Counted from the stretch's first letter, positions 50,401-62,700 are shown. The stretch is DNA of 64,000 nucleotides from Amphiscolops sp. MND2022 (GCA_964187785.1 OZ076412.1:12462001-12526000), one strand, 5' to 3'. The notes: generated by a model from the letters alone, not told the origin. Numbers and translations: made by a program.

Positions 50401-51703
50401 ACTAAAACAACATCCTAAATCTTTTAAAAAATCTGTAAACTCTAACACCATGAAAATTCAAGCTAGTGCCTATGTTCCCCCTCCAAAACTATACACGCCT
50501 AGAAACAGCCTTGATGCTTAATTCGGTCCCAAAAGTTAGTATAATATTAAATGTGATCTTGAAAGTCTTTACCAGGTTTCGTAATTGCGGATGTCCCGAC
50601 AGCAGGCTCGTCAACCGCTGTCACAGATGCAGGCCCTCCAAACACAGTTGGCACATAGGATCCAGTTCCAGAACCCCCGCACCCCGGAGTCGTACCTTGA
50701 CTATCCACCTCCACGGACGGCAGATCAATCGAAGGCATTGCCCCACGAGTCGTCATATCAGCACGTTGCTTCACAAAGATTTCTTGAGAAGCGGCTTTGA
50801 AAGTGTGCCAGAACTCATCGACACGGAGTGCCCCGAAATTTCCAAGTTCTCCCAAAGCGGACTCCAGAATTGCTTTCGTTAACTGGTTCACGCAGTTTTC
50901 CAGTCGGGTCTCCACTCGTTCCAACTGATCCTCCAACGACAGAACAGCACAGTCATCTGCCCCTAGCAAAATCAAACAATACTGATTCTGGCAAATTGAT
51001 TAGTTCCCTCCCCAACTGATCCTACCCATTCCCAACGACGAACGGAGCCACACCAGGACAGTTCCATGATACTATAAGACTACAGATGCGATAAACCCGA
51101 AGTTCCGATGCAACACTAACCCAATTGCGCGTCCATCAGCTGGTGCACTCGCTCACCCACACCTTCTGGAGGCGCCACGACCGCTTGACGATCTCTCCGC
51201 GGGAAAGCCCGTATGTGGTCGAGTCACGCCGGAACATGTACGTCACCTACGAATGAGGCAAAAGATGGAATCACTATCTCATCATGAGGCACTCCTGTAT
51301 AGCCTAACGCTAAAGTGAGCTAACATTGTCAAATTAATGCACAACAGAACGGACTTTTGCACAGCACTGCTAAAATACACCTCCGAAGAATACAAAAAAG
51401 GTAGAAAAAGACTCGAGCAAAACAAAGATGGCGAGACAAGACATAGTGCTCGCAACGAGAATATGCTGACACGTGACGACCAAACAATAATGAAGAGTAC
51501 TCACGGAATTCATCTGATAGAGCAAGTTCTAATAACTCGTTCATGCTCCCGAGTGACGACGACGTAACTCGCCCAGCGAATTGACAACACGGCAAGTCCA
51601 AATGTTCAGCCTCAGCGGCCAACGCTCCTTCTGAAAGTGCTTCAATGCATGAAGCCATCTCCTCTAATTCCTGATAACTCTGCTCAGCAACTGACACTAA
51701 CGA
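47447..51703 (-). pseudogene. Spliced antisense accessory gene of element C; BED-type zinc finger plus hAT-transposase-like body (~1146 codons, 6 exons; 5' end unresolved)
   Basis: Exons 51703-51505, 51294-51121, 50962-50573, 50401-49840, 49682-49149 and 49024-47447. Five GT-AG introns each keep the frame. This copy has 8 internal stops and 1 frameshift. Motif C-x2-C..H-x4-H at 50291-50212. The spliced gene is well supported; the hAT assignment is by-eye (~0.6). Confidence 0.8.
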
Positions 51704-52666
51704 CTATAAATCAAGATCGAAGGATGAACCGCCCAGATCGGACATACGATTGTACAAAAGGACGATTTCCAAACAAGAAGAATAACGACTCAATAATTCA
51801 ACGCTGGTGAAACCGAACATGTGGCCTGATCAACTACATTTTCCTTAAATTGCCAACACTATTTATTACTCAAAAGTTACTGTCATGTGTGATATGTGTG
51901 GTACTGAAAGAAAAAATCACCCCAATGAGAAATTTCAACAGAGTATAATAACCTCCGATCACTGCAGTCGTTTTTTCTACTTATGTTCTTTACTATCTCC
52001 CAAAGCCCTTCGGACCGGAATATATTCGACCTCAGCCTCAAAGAGACAAAAGTGATGAGCGGGAACAATCAATAGCCAATAATCACGAGAGTAATAAAAC
52101 AGCAATATGAAACGCGAGAATAATGACTTGTGAATAACACCGCTGATACTAAATATTATGCAATGCACTACCAACTGCAGCAGTTATGAATAGTTTACAC
52201 AAGCACGAGTAGCGGAAATGGAAAACAGAATAAACGACTCACTGCATCAAACGTGTAACACTCCCGAGCACACGCAGACTGCCGCAGTCGTTGTTCTCTG
52301 ACTATTTACCTAACACGACAGATCCCTCTTACCAGCGCACGACCGGATGACGTGGCATACTGATTTCCACTCCGAAATTATTACTTCCACTCCACGACAC
52401 TATGATGCAAGTGACGTCATAGCTCAACTTTGCTTACGCCTATCCGACAGTAAACCAATAACTGTTTCCAACTCACGATGACTATTATTACCAGTCGTCA
52501 TATGATTTAAGACTTCCACCACACGCGTGACAGCTGCCTATACTCGTGAGCCGTAAACCACCCACTGAAAAAGGCGACCAACCCCTTTAGTCGCCCCTTA
52601 CAATAACCACAAATACTTGCCACACCCGCATTCACTCCGACTTCCTGCCCACTTTCTTCTTTTTCT

Positions 52667-52677
52667 AAGAGGCGGAG
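52667..52677 (+). promoter_or_regulatory. Polypurine tract of element C
   Basis: AAGAGGCGGAG lies immediately before the 3' LTR. Confidence 0.75.
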
Positions 52678-53959
52678 TGTCATACCGGATGGTATGAAAT
52701 ACAACAACTGAAAGATGAAGTCATCAACAATTGCCCAAACATTTCAACTATAAACATTTTAAAATACATGTAAAATTCATATAACGGACGACTGTACCGT
52801 TCAGTCGTCACCCCAATTTCACCTGTGCTACGAATTACAAAACTGTGCTAAGCAACGACCAATACTATAAGTCGTCCCAACCACAAACCAAAACAGTTTA
52901 AAAAGAAATATCCTGTGCATTTTGATCTCATCCTTTGTAAAATACAGAAATATGTTCCCCTCACCTGATTCACAGTAACGACTAAAACATGTAGTCGACT
53001 TTAGCAACCCTTTAGTGCAATATAATATTCATTCATGTAAACGACTGGCATATCTAGTCGTATTTTAACCGATATGTACATGCAGTCCTTCATATCCAAA
53101 TCATTGCTGGTCCGGTTACTACAGCATCGTTTAGTTCATATAGTCATTTGAGTTACTCTTTAGTAGAAAATTACCAACAACGACTTCGAACACTAGTCGT
53201 CATTTGTGCTTAGTGAATAAAAATTGCTAATTGGGAAAATACTACGAGTAATCAGTTGCAGTAATTATGCCCAACATTTCGATCACTAGTTGTAAATTAG
53301 TACGTGCTGTGATGTTGTGAGATCAATGATACATGCTGGTGCGGCAACAGAAACTTAAAAGCTACAATGGCAATTAGCGACGACCGAAGTGACCAGTCGT
53401 GTAATGTACCATCAGGTGATCATAGCAGGTTAACCAAAAAAGTTGAGTGAAAGAGACGCAAATAATAAAGTGCAATTAACCAGTAATTAAGAGTTTGAAG
53501 GTGCTATTGCAATATAGAAATTCAGACAGAAGAAAATTGTTACCGTGAGATACAGACGTACTGTTAAAGCACTTTGCAAAGTTCACTACATTAAAATCAC
53601 TTCTTTCAATTAAAACTACCTAAACTTTACCCCTTTCAACAATGGTAAATACTCGATCGGGCCACAATAGAGAGAACAGAATTGAGCAGTCTGGAAAAGA
53701 TAGATACTTTGATGAGGACGACAAAATGAGTGTGGCGGACCACTACACTGAAGACAATTTCAACAATGATATCGAAAGTGGCGTGAGATCTATGGAACCG
53801 GATCATGAGAAACACAGATTGAGCAACGTTTCCTAGAAATGAACCGTCAAATCGGAGAACTCACAAGTATAGTGAGAGCCCTTACTGATAAACTAGCTAA
53901 CAGTAGGGAAGAGAACGGTAGAGACGCACTAAATTCAGAGACGTCAACACGTTCTGACA
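52678..53959 (+). repeat. 3' LTR of element C (1282 bp), including a frameshifted copy of the gag N-terminus (53642-53959)
   Basis: Copy of 38861-40135, followed by TSD CTGCT. Confidence 0.97.
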
Positions 53960-56040
53960 CTGCTATAGTCTGCGTTTTCTACGAAGAGCACCGACTAAAA
54001 ACCAGTTTGATATTCTCTGGAAAGCCCCGAGAGAACTGAAAAAAAAATGCAAACAAACTTTTTAATTACGACAGTTTTTTGAAGCTTGTGTACATTTTTC
54101 GGATGTTTCCGTGGGTAAGATGTTCCACAAAGCTCATCAACGAAACAATTGGCGACTCCACAATTTTTTTAAAGTGAAACAAATAATGACTCAAATAAGT
54201 CAAAAGTACCAATTTTTGTTTTTTTTCGAACGTTTTATGCCCTCTCTGAATTTTATTTAAAATTTCGTGAGTATGGAGATTTACACAGACAAAGCAAACA
54301 AGAGTAGTTAGCTATTTTTCATACTTTTTTGGAGAAATTTTGAGTTTTTACAAGAACTGTACATAAAATTTACTCCTTTGGAATGTGATGGTGTAGTGAT
54401 TAGAGCACAAAGCATGTTTTGTTGTATCATGTGCGACATTCCCAATACTAATTATTGCTGAGCCTTAGTTGACAAACTTTCAACTCTGGCTTGATGACAC
54501 CGGCATGACAAAAAAGCGCTTTCAGAGAGAACGAATCTGAAAAGTGAAAGGAGCAGCAGGCGTTTGTGACCTTGAACAAGTCATTCAAAAAAGTTTTCCC
54601 TCTAAACGTTTGATTGCTTCATGTATTTGGTCTACACTTTTTGGATACTTGGATAATTTTGTGGGCAAAGGTACCCACGGAGTTAAACAACAAAACAGAT
54701 AGATACTCAGGATCCTTGTGTATGGAAATTAATCTTCTGGCTTCCAAAAATGGAAAAAAATGAACGACGAAAAGTATATTTTTCTGAAATTTTTTGAACT
54801 TCTCTGCATATTCGTAGTTTGAAATAGCCCTAAGGAAAATGTAGTCACTAAGCAGATTCGGGTTTCAAAATATTCTTCTGCTCAGTGAGCGTATCGGTTT
54901 TGGTCGGCGCGTTTTGTAAGAAATGAATTGAAGCACTGTAGCAATGGCTTTTCAAGAACAGCGAACTGACAGATTTCTATGAGAATTTATTTAAATGGTA
55001 ACTTCTAACTGCCACTTGGCCTAAAGGTTAAACCGGATTTTCTGAGGTCTGTAAACAGGAGCACGTGTGTTCAAGTCCTGCACTAAACCATACTCCTTTA
55101 TGCTTGCGAAAGTAGAGAGGAAACCAAAGGATCTACTTAAGGGATGTTTCGGCACTATACGACATTTCTTCTGACGTTTTTCCAACGGAAGTGCCTCCCT
55201 TGATTTGTAGCGGTGACAGAGCGTTTTGCGAGCATAGAAAACCACCTTAGGATTTTGAAGCAACAAACGGAAAAAATTCAAAATTTCAAAAAAAAATATT
55301 GCAATATTTTTCATAATCTTTTCAGGCAAGTTTTTTAGAGACCCAAGGGTGGCCTTTTTGATTATCTTTTGGTCCTGTAGAACTGATGAGAGTTTTCTCA
55401 ATAATTATGAAAATACTTCAGTTTTTTCGTCACTGAGCGACTTTTATTTGGAATTTTTTTATTCTGTCAAAGGGTATCCCACTTCACTTTCATAAGTGTT
55501 CTCGGCATAGAAAACCGTTTTGCGAGTTTAAAGCTCCTTTTTCGGCACTATGAAACTTTTTCTGGGTAAAAAAGATTTCGGTAAAAATTGTTTCGAAACA
55601 TTGTTTTTTTATGTTTTCAGAAGGAAGGTTTTCCATCGGGAATTTCCTGGCACTATAAATTTGATGACATTTTCGCAACAGTTCCCTTTGCTTCGAAAAA
55701 TCGTTTTTTAACCTTATAATAATAATAATAATTGAATTTATCCTGGCATATTTAAACAACAAAATACTTTTTTTTCTACTCACATGTAGAAAATGACAAA
55801 TATTTGTACAAAATTGCCAAGGAAGGGGCATCAAGTAAGCTATTAGAAAGCTTTTTGTAAAGATGCCCGAAAGAAAAAAAGTAGTGAAAAGTTAGAGGCA
55901 TTTCCAAGAGACTGGATAAGACTGTTTATTTTTTTTACATATAATTTTTCCTTTTAATTTTATTTCTCATCAGATATCGTATCAGCACAAATCATCCTCG
56001 CAAGTCCTTATGTGGAGGACCATGCAGTGTGAGAGACTCT

Positions 56041-58880
56041 TCAATATTTATTATAGAAAATACTTATCAGTTCATCATTTCCAAAAATGTAAAGATCTGC
56101 AATTTGGTGGTAGAACTTTTTATATTGCTTTTCATCCATTTCGCATATGTTTTTATCAGGAGGCAATACTCCCCATTTGCGTAATGCATTCGTTAATATT
56201 ATTGCACGATAATCAAGAAGATCATTTTTTTCAGCAAAATTCCATATATTGAGATTTTGGTTCCTCGTTTGTCTATTCTGTATCCCAATATTGAGAATTT
56301 TGAATCCATTTCTGATCTGATCAAGTGAAAATTTGAATAATTCATAGAGGTGATGTTCGAATACTGTTCCAATCCTGAATTCCTTGAATTTTTCTATGAC
56401 ACTGGCCCATGGAGGAAGCCGTAGAACTATCCGGATTAATTTTTTCTGAAGCAATAGAATTTTTTGTAGCTTAGATTTAGGTCCTAACCCATAGAGAAGT
56501 GCACCATATTGAACAACTGGTGATACATATGATCTAATATACTGTATTAGTTGTCTTTTATTCAAAGTTTCCCTTAATTTATAAAGTATGCCACTATGTC
56601 GCGCAAGTTTTTGGATGACCTTGGTAATGTGTACTTCAAAATTGTTTTTTTCAAAAAAGATTCCTAAATATTTATAACTCTCAATAGAGGATATTTCATT
56701 GTCCCCAATTTTTATGTTCGAGTACTTCACAGATCTTTTCTCAAAAACGACAAATTTTGTTTTTTTTTCAGAATTACAGGCAACTCTGTTTTCCGACATC
56801 CAATTTTGCAAAAGATTTTTATCATCAGAGTTAGAGTTTAATTCCTCTATCATAGCTGTATCATCAGCGTAAAGTATGAGGTCGCCCTGCCAATTTGGGT
56901 CGGTACCAAGATCATTTATATAAACAAGAAACAACAGAGGTCCCAATATTGATCCCTGTGGTACTCCACGTATTATAGGTTTAATCGTAGAGCATTTATC
57001 CTCAATTTTCACAAACTGATACCTATCTGTCAAATAATGTTCTAAGAGTTTATGGGATATGCCCCTGATACCGATATGGTATAACTTTTGTAATAAAATT
57101 TTGTGGTCAACTGAGTCAAACGCTTTTTTGAAATCAACAAAAATACAGTTTGTTTTCACTTTGGATTTCCAATTACTTTGAATTTTTTTCCATAACATCG
57201 TTGCTGCTTGTAAGCAATCTTTCTTTTTTCTAAAACCGTATTGATTTTCTGATAGTATTGAAAATTTTTCTAGATAATTCATGAGTCTTTTATGAATTAC
57301 TTTCTCAAATATCTTTGATAGATTTCCCAAGATCGAAATCGGTCTATAGTTGGATGTTATATTTTTTCTCCATCTTTAAAAATTGGAACAACTTTAGCAA
57401 TTTTCATACTTTTAGGAAAAACGCCTTCGGATATACATTTATTAAAAGCTGTTTTTAAATAGGGAGTGATAATTTGAGCCGCTGCTTTCAATATTCTCAC
57501 GTTCACGCCATCTAATCCAACCGATTTTTTGTTTTTTAATTTGGCAATAAAATTATAAACTTCTTCATTAGTAACTGGAAAGAAGTACATAGATTGCGAC
57601 TGATATCCTTGTTGACTTGTCCATTTACTGGACATCGGTGCATTAATTTCTGGATCACAAGCAGTTATGAAATAATCATTGAATTGATCAACAGTCAATT
57701 CACTGGATTTTTTCACCTGAGTTTCTACTCCTCTCGATCTTTTTATATACTTGAAGAGTTCTTTTGGATTATTCCGATCAACTTTGCTTTGAACGTCATT
57801 CCGTTTAGCAGCTCTTATTTCCTTGTTAACTTCATTCCGCTTCACTTTGTATCTATGGAAGACCTCCGGTGATTTTGTTCTGATCCATAAGTGGTAGATT
57901 TTATCTCTGATAACTATATGCCTTTTGATACGGTTTGTTATCCAAGATTTATTGGGATCACGTCGTTTTATTCGTTTAAGTGGGAAGTATTTCTCTGTTG
58001 CCTCTTTCAGGGTTTTTGTAATATTATCGAGATATGTTTCTGCTTTTGCATCTGATTCGGGAATTTTACCCAGAGAATCACTGAGAAAAAATAGAAACTT
58101 TTCACAATAAAGTGGATCGTCTAGCTTTTTTAAAGATCTAAATTCAAAAATCTCTTCTACTACTTCATAGTAAATATCTAAATCTAATTTAAGACTATAG
58201 TGATCAGAGAACGTGGTTTTTTCTATCTGGGATCTTTGAACAGTGATGTTACTGTATATAGAGTCAATACATGTACCAGATGTAGCTGTTTCTCGTGTAG
58301 GTTCTCTCAAACTCACCAAGTCAAGACCTTGTGAATACATTAAATACTCTAATGATACTCGTGTAGCTAGATTTTCGTTTAACATATCAATATTGAAATC
58401 TCCACAGGCTATCTGTAACCCGCCACTGTTGATTTCAAGAACTTCTTCGACGTGATCTAAATACTTACTTTTGTTTCTGGAAGGTTCGCAATAAAAACAA
58501 GAAACTATGACTTTCTTTGTCTTTTTGAAGTCACTAACTTTCACTGAAATTGACTCATTGTATTCATCAGTGTGCAGGAGTTCTGCTTCCAAATCTAGCG
58601 TTACATAAATTGCTACACCGCCACCTCGTTTTTTAGTTCTAGTGCTGGCAAAAGGTCTGTGGTATCCTTCAAGACAATATAATTCTGCGTCACTTTCGCT
58701 CTTGAACCATGTTTCAGTGAGTGCAATGATTGAAGGCTTTCTTTCTGCTATCAAAATTTCTAAATTACCTAAGTTGGTTGATACCGATCTTATATTATTG
58801 TAGAAAAACGTAAATCCCTGCAACGTTCTATTTTTTGAGTTAGTGTTTAGTGATCTTATATATTTACAGTCTGTCTCCAA
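56041..58880 (-). pseudogene. LINE ORF2 (AP endonuclease + reverse transcriptase) with a single frameshift near 57355
   Basis: APE motifs YNNIRS, ALTETW, GDFNID, CIDSIY, SDHY. RT motifs FVDFKKAFDSVDH, GVPQGSILGPLLF, YADD. Adding one A in the run at ~57362 restores KDGEKNITSNYRPIS. Confidence 0.95.
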
Positions 58881-58961
58881 TGCCTCTTCGGAGTTGCTTG
58901 GGTTGCTAGTTTTTATAGTTTGAAATAAGCAACTCCGTCGCTGTTAATGCTTTCTAACATT

Positions 58962-59972
58962 TCACTTCTTTTGGCCATTTTCACTTTCGTTTAATCCAGT
59001 TACTTTCAGTGGGGGCGAACAACCGATTAAATTTTGAATAAAGTTTTCTAAGCCATCTGCATCAGAAGCCTGCTTGTACTCTTTCAGTTTATTTGTAATA
59101 TCCACGTTTGAGAGCATATTGGGTGAATCCATAGGAAGCGGTCTTTTAGCTCTTGGTTCGCGTGGAGTTTCAGTAGCGGCACTTTTTCTCACTATAGCCT
59201 TGCCACTTGCAAGAATTTCGTCTGCATCTGTTTCATCAACAATGAAATGAGACCTTGTATGCTGTCCGTCCTTCAGAAGCACCACTGGAGCACTGTTTTT
59301 CGAAGACACTTTGAGGCCCAATCCGGCTGCATAATCCGATAAGTCCCTGTCCCTCTTTGTCAGCCTCTCATGCATGAAAACAGGTTTATTGTTAACTGGG
59401 TTTCCGAAATTTCTGAGCCAATATTTCCTTGCCCATATCCTATCTTTTTTCCAAAAATGGACAAACTTGACTATTACAGGGGGTGGGAATTTGATATCCT
59501 TGACTTGTCCCAGAAAATGACATGCTACAAGGTCTTGTTCATTTACCTGAGTTTGGAAGACTCGTGAGAAAAAGTTGATAACATCAGCTACTAAGTTGTT
59601 TCCGGAGATAAGAGGTAAGTTTTGAATAATAATTGAGTCCTTGGATGTATAACGCTCAATTCGATTAACAGATGTCTCAAGATACGCAACTTTTTGTTCC
59701 AGGGTTTCAATAGTTTTGTCTTTTTCCTGTAGATTTTGAATCAATTTCGAAAGAAATTCTTGTAATTCAGGCTGTATTTTATTGCCAAGTTTATTCAGCT
59801 CTTGCACTAAGTCCGCCATGTTTATTTTCAGCTTTGAAATTTGGCCTTGAATGTGTTTCAACTGCAGCGACGAAAAGCACAACCGTTCAGCTTGACATCT
59901 GTCTCGAATAAATGCCCTATTCAAACTATTGAAAACTACGGTGGAATGAGGTAATCTACAAAGTTCGTTCAC
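58962..59972 (-). CDS. LINE ORF1 (coiled coil + RRM-like); probable start ATG 59819
   Basis: Coiled coil (IETLEQKVAYLE) followed by SIIIQNLP..VACHFL..PVIVKF, typical of L1/CR1-type ORF1. Confidence 0.85.
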   Translation of the reverse strand: MNELCRLPHSTVVFNSLNRAFIRDRCQAERLCFSSLQLKHIQGQISKLKINMADLVQELNKLGNKIQPELQEFLSKLIQNLQEKDKTIETLEQKVAYLETSVNRIERYTSKDSIIIQNLPLISGNNLVADVINFFSRVFQTQVNEQDLVACHFLGQVKDIKFPPPVIVKFVHFWKKDRIWARKYWLRNFGNPVNNKPVFMHERLTKRDRDLSDYAAGLGLKVSSKNSAPVVLLKDGQHTRSHFIVDETDADEILASGKAIVRKSAATETPREPRAKRPLPMDSPNMLSNVDITNKLKEYKQASDADGLENFIQNLIGCSPPLKVTGLNESENGQKK

Positions 59973-60090
59973 GCTTTTAACCTAAACATCATCGCACTCT
60001 TGACTTCTTTGTTATGAATACTTTGCCAGATAACAAGCAGAATTGCCGTAACATCAAATAGAATCGGTAATTTTTCCATTGACAGGTGAT

Positions 60091-60150
60091 GAAAAGTAGA
60101 TGTGATACCGAAAAGTAGATGCCGAAAAGTAGTCAAACCGAAAAGTAGAT
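60091..60150 (+). repeat. Four short repeats of GAAAAGTAG
   Basis: Copies at 60091, 60110, 60124 and 60140. Confidence 0.8.
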
Positions 60151-60759
60151 GCGATACAAATCTTTCCAATTCAATTCCAGGACTGGCAACGTGGTTGTTA
60201 GGTTTTAAAGAATCAAGTTGAAAATTACTTTTTTCCTATTTTAAACTGTAGTATCTAACAAGAAACATCCAAGAGTGATTAGATCTTCTTCGATATTTCT
60301 GAAGATACGAGAAAATACAAAAGGTCAACTTTTACAGAAAATATCTTGTTTAGCAGCATATCAATGACTCGTTCTAAGCAATACTCTTTCTCCAGACTAC
60401 TTCTTCAGGTCTGCTTATGTAATTTTTCAGTTTTAATTTATTTTTTCCCAGATGATACAAAATGCGCTTTTTTGGGAAGTTTTATCTTGAAATATTTTTA
60501 GAACGATTTGGTTTCGGCAATTCCACATAGTGAATGTCAGATTTTTTCAAATTCTAAATACTATTTCCTCATACTCTTTTTTGTATCCTTTTTGCAACCA
60601 AATGGCAATGAAAGGGTCGGCTTAACGCCGTGGTTTCAAAGTGAGTTGCTTAAGGTCACAGAAGTTTGACTGCTCACAGTTGCTTATTTTATTTTGCTTT
60701 TCTCCGCCAGATGCGTTATTTTTTTGTGATGACCATACCACTGAGCTCTATTCATCTAT

Positions 60760-61169
60760 AAAAAAAACAAGACGGGAATGTTTAAAGTCGGCGTTACATC
60801 TAAGGCTCAAAAAGCGCAAAGTTTTTAAAATTGTAAAAGGGGGTTTCTTTGGGCTTTCTGAAAATCCAGTTTGTTGCAAAATATCAAAAAACTGAAGGGG
60901 GACCTTTTAGAGATCTTATAAAATTTTCGAAAAAAAAACGAAAAATGACAATTTTGAAACTCATAGTGCCGAAAAACTTGAAAGGGCAGATCCTTTGTGC
61001 TTTTCGGAATTTCAGTTTGCTGCAAAATATTAGAAAACTTAAAGGGGGGACAAAAAAATCAAAAAAAGTCGCACAGTGCCGAAAAAAATTAAAAGGGGAC
61101 CTATACATGCTGTTGTCTGACAAAAGAAACTAGTCACTGCAATAGTCGGGAAAAAGCGCCGACTAAAAA
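60760..61169 (+). mobile_element. Helentron/HINE-like non-autonomous element
   Basis: Begins in an A-run with AACAAG. Subterminal inverted repeats AAGTCGGCGT (60785) and GCGCCGACTA (61156). 3' hairpin TAGTCGG..CCGACTA (61143-61165). A similar 3' end lies at ~1170-1225. Confidence 0.6.
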
Positions 61170-61183
61170 TAGGTCATTATCAC

Positions 61184-61518
61184 CTGGATGCTTTGTTTGG
61201 CCACTGCTGATTCATACCCCAAGTTCATGTACTTTTCGGCAGTCTGGAAGTCGTTTTTGGCAGTGTAGATGGAGCCGAGGCAGCTGCACACTGTTCCATA
61301 ATTGTCACTCAATTGGTCCGTCTGTCGCACGAAGTCTTCCAGAATAACGAGAGTGTCTTCAACGTCAAAGTCGTTTTTGATTCGTTCGTAGGCTTTGGCG
61401 AACACTTCGGATGCCGAGTCGATGTTCTCGTAGTCGTTGCATTGCTGAGCCAATGAGAAAAAGAGACGCAAGTACTCGGCTGACTTCTGAGGCATGTCCA
61501 GCCTTTCGTGAATCAATG
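61184..61518 (-). CDS. TTC29: Internal coding exon of TTC29-like gene
   Basis: TTTTTCAG acceptor, CAG|GTGATA donor. TPR-like helices (CSCLGSIYTAKNDFQTAEKYMNLGY). Phase 0 joins the 37147 exon seamlessly. Confidence 0.8.
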
Positions 61519-62508
61519 CTGAAAAACAGTGCAGATCAATCAAAAACCTAACAGTTTCACTGTCATAAACTCAGCCCTTGATTGATTTCGTGCAAAGTGA
61601 CCAGATTGGACTCTTATCTGAAAGGTCTCAAAACCTGTAAGTACCCGACGTGCAGGTTCTAAGAAGTAGCCCTTACGAAATGACCCGGAACCTATTTTTA
61701 TTGTTGGGAACACACTTACATACCAGCACCAAGCTTCAGGTTCACATAATTAGGTTCAAATTTGTTTTTCAAATCAAGTTTTTTTATCAAGTTCTTTGGA
61801 CCATGTTTCGTAATCCCCCCAAGCGCCCGCGGGGCTTGATTAAGAAACAAGGTTCGCATAAATTATGTCGAAACCTTGGTCCAATAAAAAAAATGATGTC
61901 GACATGCTACTATCATTTACATTGATTCACAGTTAAAAACTGCTCATTTAATCTTATGGCGGAGAAAAATTGCGTTGAAATAGGGTCTTTTTATACAATT
62001 TTAGCTTGTTCCAAGCTTGAATTTTTGCTATTTTCGATAAAAATATCGAAAAATTAGTCATTTTTGCTGGAAAAGTAAAACAGCTGTAGAGACAATCATC
62101 TAAGTATTCACAACCATAATTTAATTCTCGTATTGGTGAAAAAAGTTTCTTCAAGAATAAAATGAGCTTTCGTTTTGGGGAAAAACGAAACAAGGGGGGA
62201 TTTTTTCTCTCAAAATTAAAAACTATACGCAGACCTTACTGAAACTTCCTGAGTAAGCAACCAGATTGACGTTCGAAATATCAAATTGTTGAACAACTGA
62301 ACAAGTTTTAGTACTTGTATAAACACGCCAGAATCTGACAGGTTTGTCTGAAATGTAAGATTCTTGTAAGATTCTTGTAAGATTCTTGCAGATAGTGTCT
62401 GATATGTACCACCTCTGCCAGATTCTTGCAAAAAATGTATGGGAGTTCGACTGCGGACCACTATCTGCAATGGGTAGATCTGATTTTTAAGCAACGCTGC
62501 TAACCAAC

Positions 62509-62700
62509 CGAGTTTGTGGCTGACTTGTTTGATCTGCAGTTTGTTGTCGCAGAGAGCGGCGTAGTCATGGGCCAACTGGTAGTTAGCCAGGATCTCCTCT
62601 GGGTCCGAACACAGCTCCCCCATCCTTGTGTACAGCAGTCTCAGACAGTTGCACGCGTCTATGTAGTAGTTCAACTCCCCTGAACCGTCCTTCCACGGTG
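62509..62700 (-). CDS. TTC29: Internal coding exon of TTC29-like gene
   Basis: AACAG acceptor, phase-1 GTTGGT donor. WKDGSG..DACNCLRLLY resembles TTC29 WKDETG..LACESLLRTY as recalled. Confidence 0.75.

Larger units (their letters stand above)
38861..53959 (+). mobile_element. Full-length 15.1-kb Ty3/Gypsy-type LTR retroelement C with an antisense accessory gene (decayed copy)
   Basis: LTRs with TGTCA...TGACA ends, 5-bp TSD CTGCT (38856-38860, 53960-53964), PBS, PPT, and gag-PR-RT-RNaseH-INT with a GPF motif. Confidence 0.97.
55926..60000 (-). mobile_element. Near-intact CR1/L2-group LINE
   Basis: ORF1 plus ORF2 (APE + RT), short 3' UTR ending in an A-rich tail near 55926. The 5' boundary is approximate and no TSD was identified. 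Confidence 0.92.

Noticed and set aside
47447-51697. Seven or eight independent small antisense genes
   Set aside because: The fragments are joined by in-phase GT-AG introns and shared frames, so one spliced gene explains them better.
46066-52666. Nested hAT DNA transposon with TIRs and 8-bp TSD
   Set aside because: No terminal inverted repeats or TSD were seen by eye, and the region shares the element's strand bias and one LTR-type palindrome. Not fully excluded without comparing copies.
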